A DNA stretch of 9,841 nucleotides. Source: Paramoeba atlantica (Eukaryota > Protista > Discosea). The notes beneath the pieces were generated by a model. That model did no database searches, was not told the DNA's origin, and saw only the letters and a program-made list of their open reading frames with translations. Made by a program: the position numbers and the translations under genes. The DNA lies in assembly GCA_977017575.1 (NCBI GenBank), contig CDRNVI010000246.1:1-9841 (forward strand), read 5' to 3'. Below are positions 1-4,700 of the stretch, piece by piece (the stretch's first letter is position 1; each line of letters begins with the position of its first letter).

Positions 1-475
1 CGTTGCTATCCCTATATGTATGTAAAATATCATACATAAGAATCAATAAGATCTATTTCGTCTCCTCTTTCATCCTTTTAACATAGCAAGACTAATCTAT
101 ATTATATAATTATTATTCAACTTTTTTAATTATATTTTATCTGCTTGAACACCATAGTTCGATAAAAAATAAATAAAAAGATGAATAAATAACTAAAAAA
201 TAAAGATAGACAAGAACAAGAATAGTTTAGTTTAATTCCGTGTTAAATCCTCAATCCTTAAGTCGGATTTGTCACTCCATATACGATCAAACTTTATTTA
301 CTTAAATTTTTACAAAGATAGTAAAATTAAAAGTATAAAGATGATCTAGCTCACCAGTTTTATTTAAATTAAAATCTTACACAATGATTTTATATTTATA
401 AACTACTCGCTTCCATCGACCCTCGACTTTGTTGAAGTTTAAGTTTTTGAGTTTACGATATTAAAGAGAAAAAAA

Positions 476-621
476 ATATTATTGCGCTCTATTGGTGGGG
501 CTTTCGTTAAATTATTAAAAGCTCAACGTCATTGTTCGCGTTTTACGTTACACTCCACAAGCTAAACAAGTGCGTTCTGCCTTAATAATCACTACCCCTC
601 ACCAAAAGGTCGCAATAATAT
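476..621 (+). other. Long imperfect stem-loop / multibranch domain (also at 5085-5230; partial in copy 3)
   Basis: atattattgcg 476-486 pairs with cgcaataatat 611-621. ttggtgggg 492-500 pairs with cctcaccaa 597-605 (one G.U on +). attattaa 511-518 pairs with ttaataat 582-589. aacgt 525-529 pairs with acgtt 545-549. Confidence 0.6.
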
Positions 622-789
622 ATGTTTTTAGCGTTTAAGATCTGGAGACCATTTTCAAAATAGAAAATGTCAATCGCTTTTTTCTTACGCAAGTACGTCA
701 AAAAAATCGTTTTTCTCCATGAGCTAAAACGAGTTAGTTCGATCGGGCTTTTTTTGATGCTTTTTTTGGATCGCAGCTTCAACAAAAAA

Positions 790-1910
790 AAATTTCCGCT
801 GCTGTTTTCCAACAAAGAAAATTATAAAAAAATAATTTTGTTGTTGTCAAATACGATCTTTTAAAATATAAAATTTTTTTTATCGTTATAAATTTTATTC
901 CGACATAAATTTGTTGGAAAAGTAACAGTAAAAAGTTGTTAATGAAAAAAAAATAAATTCATTAACAACAACGTTGATGAAAAATAACAATCAACGCTGT
1001 TAAATTTCCAACAAAATAATGTCAGAAAAAAATTTCTGCCGAAATAATTTAGCTGATTAAATTTTTATCACGACAAAAATATTTTTTTGTTGATCAATTA
1101 AATCGTTATTAACAAAAAAGTTATAACGCTGTTAATTTTCCAACATAAAAATTTTTTATCTCTCAAAAAATATTTTTTGATGTTCAAAGTTATCGTTTGA
1201 TAACAAAAAAGTTATAACGCTGTAACTTTTCCAACAAAAAAAATTTTTTTTCGTGTTAAAAATTATTTTTGATCAATAAAAATTATTTTCGATGTTCAAA
1301 TTCATCGTTTGATAACAAAAAAGTTATAACGCTGTTAATTTTCCATCAAAAATTATTTTTTTTGCTTCAAAAATTTTTTTTAACATAAAAATTTATAATG
1401 ATGATTACAAAATAAGTGTTGCAACTCAAAAAAGTTGTTTAACACTGTTAATTTTCCATCAACATCATAATTTTTATTTAAAAATTTTAATCAAAATCAA
1501 TTTTATAAACATTTTTTGTAAAAAAATTAAAATTTTTACTGGAAAATTACGGTGAGATGCATAAAAATTAGATTTAAACATAAATTTATGCAAACTACCG
1601 TTTAATTTCCAACAAAATTTAAATTTTTTTCATTCAAAAATAGATTTTTTTAATTTTTCGCCGACAAAATTGAAAAAAAATTGAATTTTCATTCAAAAAG
1701 TTGTAAAATTGAGTCTCAGGATGAAAAAGTGGAAAAAGACCACATTTTATCAATTCGACGCTAAATTAGCAAAAAATTTCAATTTCTACACCTAAATGAC
1801 TGTAGAAATTGGTGTTTTCCTACAATTTTGTGGAAACTCCTGACAAACACTGCTAAATTTCCAACAAAAAGTCAATTTGCAGGTGCTGCCCGTGGATTTT
1901 CCAACAAAAT
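790..1910 (+). repeat. Degenerate subrepeat ladder built on (aac)gctgtt..ttcca(a/t)caaaa (also ~5400-6517)
   Basis: Exact 22-mer aacaaaaaagttataacgctgt at 1111, 1202 and 1314 (periods 91 and 112), with a degenerate copy near 1427. ttcca(a/t)ca motif near 807, 1006, 1138, 1229, 1341, 1454, 1607, 1859 and 1899, plus one inverted copy (ttgttggaa) at ~911. Confidence 0.85.
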
Positions 1911-1919
1911 ACTAGCAAA

Positions 1920-2545
1920 ACTACTCAAAATGCTATTTTTCCGGCAGAAAACCGTCAAAATCTGCTTTTTCTGGGCAGGAATGACAAAAACGGCCCAAAA
2001 AAGGCCCTGTCATTTTGCCCAAAAACGCAGTATTTTTTCCTGTTCTGGCCTGCAAATTAGCGGATGTCCAAGTGCCCCAAAAAAAGTGACTTGGACTCCG
2101 AGCCGACTCGAAAAGTCGTATTTTCCGGCAGAAACGAAAAAATATGCCACATTTTGTCCGACGATTATTTACAACTTTTTCTCGCATCCCATCATAGCGA
2201 TTTTGCGGATCTGCAAGTTGGGAGGGAACCAACTGCATTTTTTGGCCGTTTTGAACCCGTTTTGTAAAAAATCGCATATATAAACTCCATAATTTCCCCT
2301 CAGAAATCTGCCACTTTTGGACGCCAAAAAGTGTTTTGCAGAATCTCGAGGGCAAAATAGGAGTTTTTTGACCCGATTTTGTGAACAAAACTGGCATCAA
2401 AAACTATTCCAAATGCTCCAATCCGAATTTCAGCTATTGAACACTAAAAATGCTGAAAATCGCTATTTCGCACTGGAATTCCGCCAAAACTCCTTTTCAA
2501 TGCGTATTTTGGGCGAGAAAATCGTGAATTTTATAATTTTTAAAC
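1920..2545. other. Phased An/Tn tracts with ~10-bp period in a GC-richer island (PATC-like / bent DNA); also ~6527-7152
   Basis: A/T runs start at 1927, 1936, 1948, 1957, 1966, 1986 and 1997, and at 2446, 2456, 2466, 2477, 2486, 2494, 2507, 2518, 2527 and 2536, separated by G/C-rich spacers. Confidence 0.7.
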
Positions 2546-2829
2546 TTTTTTTTGTATAATTTATCATTTTTAGCGCGGATTTGTATAATTTCTCGCATAA
2601 TTTATTAGTTTTATAGCGTTGTAGTTAAAATTTTCATAATTTTATCATCAAAGTCATCATTTTTCTATAATTTCAAACAAAATTATTAAAAAAAATGTTG
2701 TCTCAGACGAAAAAATTGCATGAAAGTTGTTAAACAACACTAAAACTAAAAAAATATCCCGCAGAAATTAAAAAACCGTGATAAAAATTTATAAATTCAA
2801 AAGAAAAATTTAAAAATCTTAAAAATTTA

Positions 2830-2873
2830 TGATGAAATCATCTTCTTTGTACCAAAATCAGATGTAAACATCA
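2830..2873 (-). repeat. Truncated inverted copy of module-A core forming a mini-hairpin (also 7437-7480)
   Basis: Shares atcttctttgt(a/t)ccaaaatcagatgt with the inverted modules at ~3262-3287 and ~7876-7901. Closed by tgatg/catca. Confidence 0.75.
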
Positions 2874-3219
2874 AAAAATTTTTTTAAAATCACTAGTTGA
2901 AACCATCGTCTATGGTTTCTTTTGTTAATGATCAATGTTTTCATTTCATTCATAACATTTTCACGTTAACTTCGTTCAACTAACTTGAATTTTATTAAAA
3001 TTATGATTCATAAAATAATTTTTTCATTGCTAAAAATAAAACCGCAATGGAAATTATTATGAAACAAGTTTTAATAATTCAAACTTAAGTTTGAACTCGA
3101 GTTATAAAATTTTAATAACATTAATATATACTTTTAAATAACTTCTATAATTAATTCAAAAGAGAATTTATAATTAAGAACTTATAAAACTATATTTAAT
3201 GATTTAAAACTTAATAACT

Positions 3220-3327
3220 TGTTGTAATGTTTTCAATATAATAATATATTTACGATATATTATCTTCTTTGTTCCAAAATCAGATGTTGATTATCGTACA
3301 TTCTTATTACATGAAAACATAACAACA
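3220..3327 (-). ncRNA. Module A, inverted copy (putative structured hairpin; strand uncertain)
   Basis: 3275-3320 is the reverse complement of the module-A 5' arm. Stems: tgttgt/acaaca, atgttttca/tgaaaacat, taataa/ttatta, tacgata/tatcgta. Confidence 0.5.
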
Positions 3328-3463
3328 TAAAGAATACAATAGGCACTCCTTACATTTAAATGCCCTTAATATAATTTATCGATATATTTAATTACACAAA
3401 TAATTTAAAATATAATTTATAAAATATTAATAAAGTTCATGTAAAATGTAAGAAGTTACCCTA

Positions 3464-3609
3464 GTTTTCCTGGTATTGTGAGTATGTTTTCATGTAATAA
3501 ACATGTACGATAATCAACATCTGATTTTGACTCAAAGCAGAGTAATCATCGTTAAATATCGTTACAAAGTTATTACAAATAAAACATAAATCACTAATAA
3601 CAGGAAAAT
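3464..3609 (+). ncRNA. Module A hairpin, direct copy 1 (putative structured RNA)
   Basis: Core atgtacgataatcaacatctgatttt. Basal stems: ttttcctg/caggaaaa, gtga/tcac, tatgtttt/aaaacata, tgtaataa/ttattaca. Confidence 0.55.
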
Positions 3610-3820
3610 ATTAAATACAAAAATATTTAATAAACTTCGATGCAAAAAAGCATCTTGACAATCTCTGTGTTTTTGTTAAAAAAAATAGCGTAAAACTACA
3701 AAACCATATATATAAAATGAAAAGTGTATAAAAAAGAAAAGCATACACTTTGATACATTCAATCGAAAAATATCTCAATCATGTATCATTAATTTTAGTA
3801 TATATGGTAGGAGTTTTACC

Positions 3821-3960
3821 TTTACAGTGCTATTAGTCATGTTTTCATGTAATAAGAATGTACGATAATCAACATCTGATTTGCACTCAAAGTAGAGTAA
3901 TCATCGTTAAATATCAGTACAAAGTCATTACAAGAAAACTAAAGATTAAAGCACTGTAAA
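3821..3960 (+). ncRNA. Module A hairpin, direct copy 2 (putative structured RNA)
   Basis: Same core with one substitution. Basal stems: tttacagtgct/agcactgtaaa, ttagtc/gattaa (G.U), gttttc/gaaaac, tgtaat/attaca. Confidence 0.55.
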
Positions 3961-3961
3961 A

Positions 3962-3996
3962 TTGCACTAAGATTTCCTTCAGAAATTCAAGTGCAA
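3962..3996 (+). other. Module D hairpin (7-bp outer stem, AAG/TCA internal loop, atttc/gaaat inner stem)
   Basis: ttgcact-aag-atttc-cttca-gaaat-tca-agtgcaa. Siblings at 4074-4106, 8222-8254, 8257-8291, 8585-8617, 8620-8654 and 8728-8762 have covarying stems. Confidence 0.75.
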
Positions 3997-4073
3997 ATAT
4001 CCGCCCAACTTATAAAATATAAGTGGCGTCTATATATATTTTTTTATCGAAAAAAACGATAAATAAATAAAGA

Positions 4074-4106
4074 TCATGATAAGATTTCTACGAAATTCAA
4101 TCATGA
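4074..4106 (+). other. Module D hairpin
   Basis: tcatgat-aag-atttc-tac-gaaat-tca-atcatga. Confidence 0.75.
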
Positions 4107-4107
4107 A

Positions 4108-4127
4108 GCATACACTATAGTGTATGC
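4108..4127. repeat. Perfect 20-bp palindrome gcatacactatagtgtatgc (also 8764-8783)
   Basis: Self-reverse-complementary and identical in both copies. Confidence 0.95.
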
Positions 4128-4246
4128 AAATTATTACAAAAATAATAATTTTAAAATTTTTTCTTCGAAATTCAAAGAAGAATTTATTCGAAAAAAATAT
4201 AAATTTTAATGTTTTCGTGTTTAACTACAACTTAAATTTATATATA

Positions 4247-4700
4247 TTTCGTTAAATTAAGAGAATAATTAAACGAAACTGTTACTCGGCAAAAATAAGG
4301 GAATTTTTGAGTAACAGACCGTTCAAATTGAAAACAAAAAAACAATTTGCACGGCAATTCTTGGGGTTTTTACGCCTCACGGCTTCGTGATTGGACTAAA
4401 GAGCAGGAGCGAGAGCAAGAAAGTTTGCAGGGGTAGTTGAGTTAGCTATTCCCGGTGGAAGCTAACCTCGATTCTTTAGTCTTTAGTTGTGGTAATTTGG
4501 GATAGTGAAGTAAAATTTTTAAAGTTCACTATCGACAATTACTATTCTCTTTCATCTTTTGGCGTGCATTGCTAATTGATCCCAATAGACAATCACATTC
4601 AGAAATGATCGTTGCTATCCCTATATGTATGTAAAATATCATACATAAGAATCAATAAGATCTATTTCGTCTCCTCTTTCATCCTTTTAACATAGCAAGA
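4247..4700 (+). ncRNA. Putative structured ncRNA domain with compensatory substitutions between copies (equivalent 8903-9355); family unassigned
   Basis: Stems at 4247-4278, 4279-4317, 4319-4354, 4361-68/4578-85, 4371-76/4561-66, 4377-90, 4394-4402/4473-81, 4439-69, 4490-4544 and 4624-47. T4506-A4528 becomes C9162-G9184; G4492-C4542 becomes A9148-T9198. Confidence 0.6.

Larger units (their letters stand above)
1..4609. repeat. Tandem repeat unit, copy 1 (4609 bp; phase set by window start)
   Basis: cgttgctatccctatatgtatg at position 1 recurs at 4610 and 9266. ORF-track duplicates are offset by 4609 (582 to 5191) and 4607 (1828 to 6435). Confidence 0.98.

Noticed and set aside
345-506. Minus-strand gaaagccccaccaat ... 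tggtgagcta resembling RNase MRP CR-I/CR-V
   Set aside because: It lacks the conserved bulged U, P4 would contain a C.A mismatch, and wobble pairs favour the + strand. A cmscan with the RNase_MRP model would settle it.
582-864. 77-aa and 65-aa ORFs (duplicated at 5191-5473; 63-aa ORF at 5388-5579)
   Set aside because: Short, low-complexity, mutually antisense and overlapping predicted stems. The 63-aa ORF is not called in copy 1.
2100-2130. gagccgactcgaaaagtcg...ccggc resembling group II intron domain V (and gtgcg at 570-574)
   Set aside because: The 3' strand does not pair with the AGC triad (cggcag rather than cggttc), and no domain VI or other intron domains are evident.
1828-2559. Overlapping ORFs of 67-155 aa on both strands (duplicated at 6435-7166)
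   Set aside because: K/F-rich translations reflect phased A/T runs, and I recognise no domain. Inter-copy differences give amino-acid changes in both long frames (L>S, W>C, K>R, N>S on +; LPS>FHF, V>L, W>R, V>A, L>P, P>A on -), so there is no sign of coding constraint.
3464-3960. CRISPR-like repeat-spacer appearance of the conserved boxes with variable spacers
   Set aside because: Repeats are ~75 bp with a 354-366 bp period and only 2-3 per unit, one inverted. Spacers are mutually homologous and structured, and there are no cas genes.
4002-4034. GC-closed hairpin followed by cta as a possible Helitron 3' end or rolling-circle origin
   Set aside because: No CTRR terminus at the expected spacing, no TC 5' end or Rep/helicase, and no TA(A/G)TATTAC nonanucleotide in the loop.
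4081-4099. ttc-N3-gaa STAT/GAS-like site within module D
   Set aside because: Siblings change these bases compensatorily (tta-tac-taa, ttt-tac-aaa) or have 5-nt loops. This preserves pairing rather than the protein consensus.
4462-4468. ctaacct, a possible TTAGG telomerase template (and ttggggtttt at 4361-4370, telomere-like)
   Set aside because: Only 7 nt and sequestered in a hairpin stem that gains a pair in copy 2. No template-adjacent pseudoknot was identified. The G4T4 motif is a single copy.
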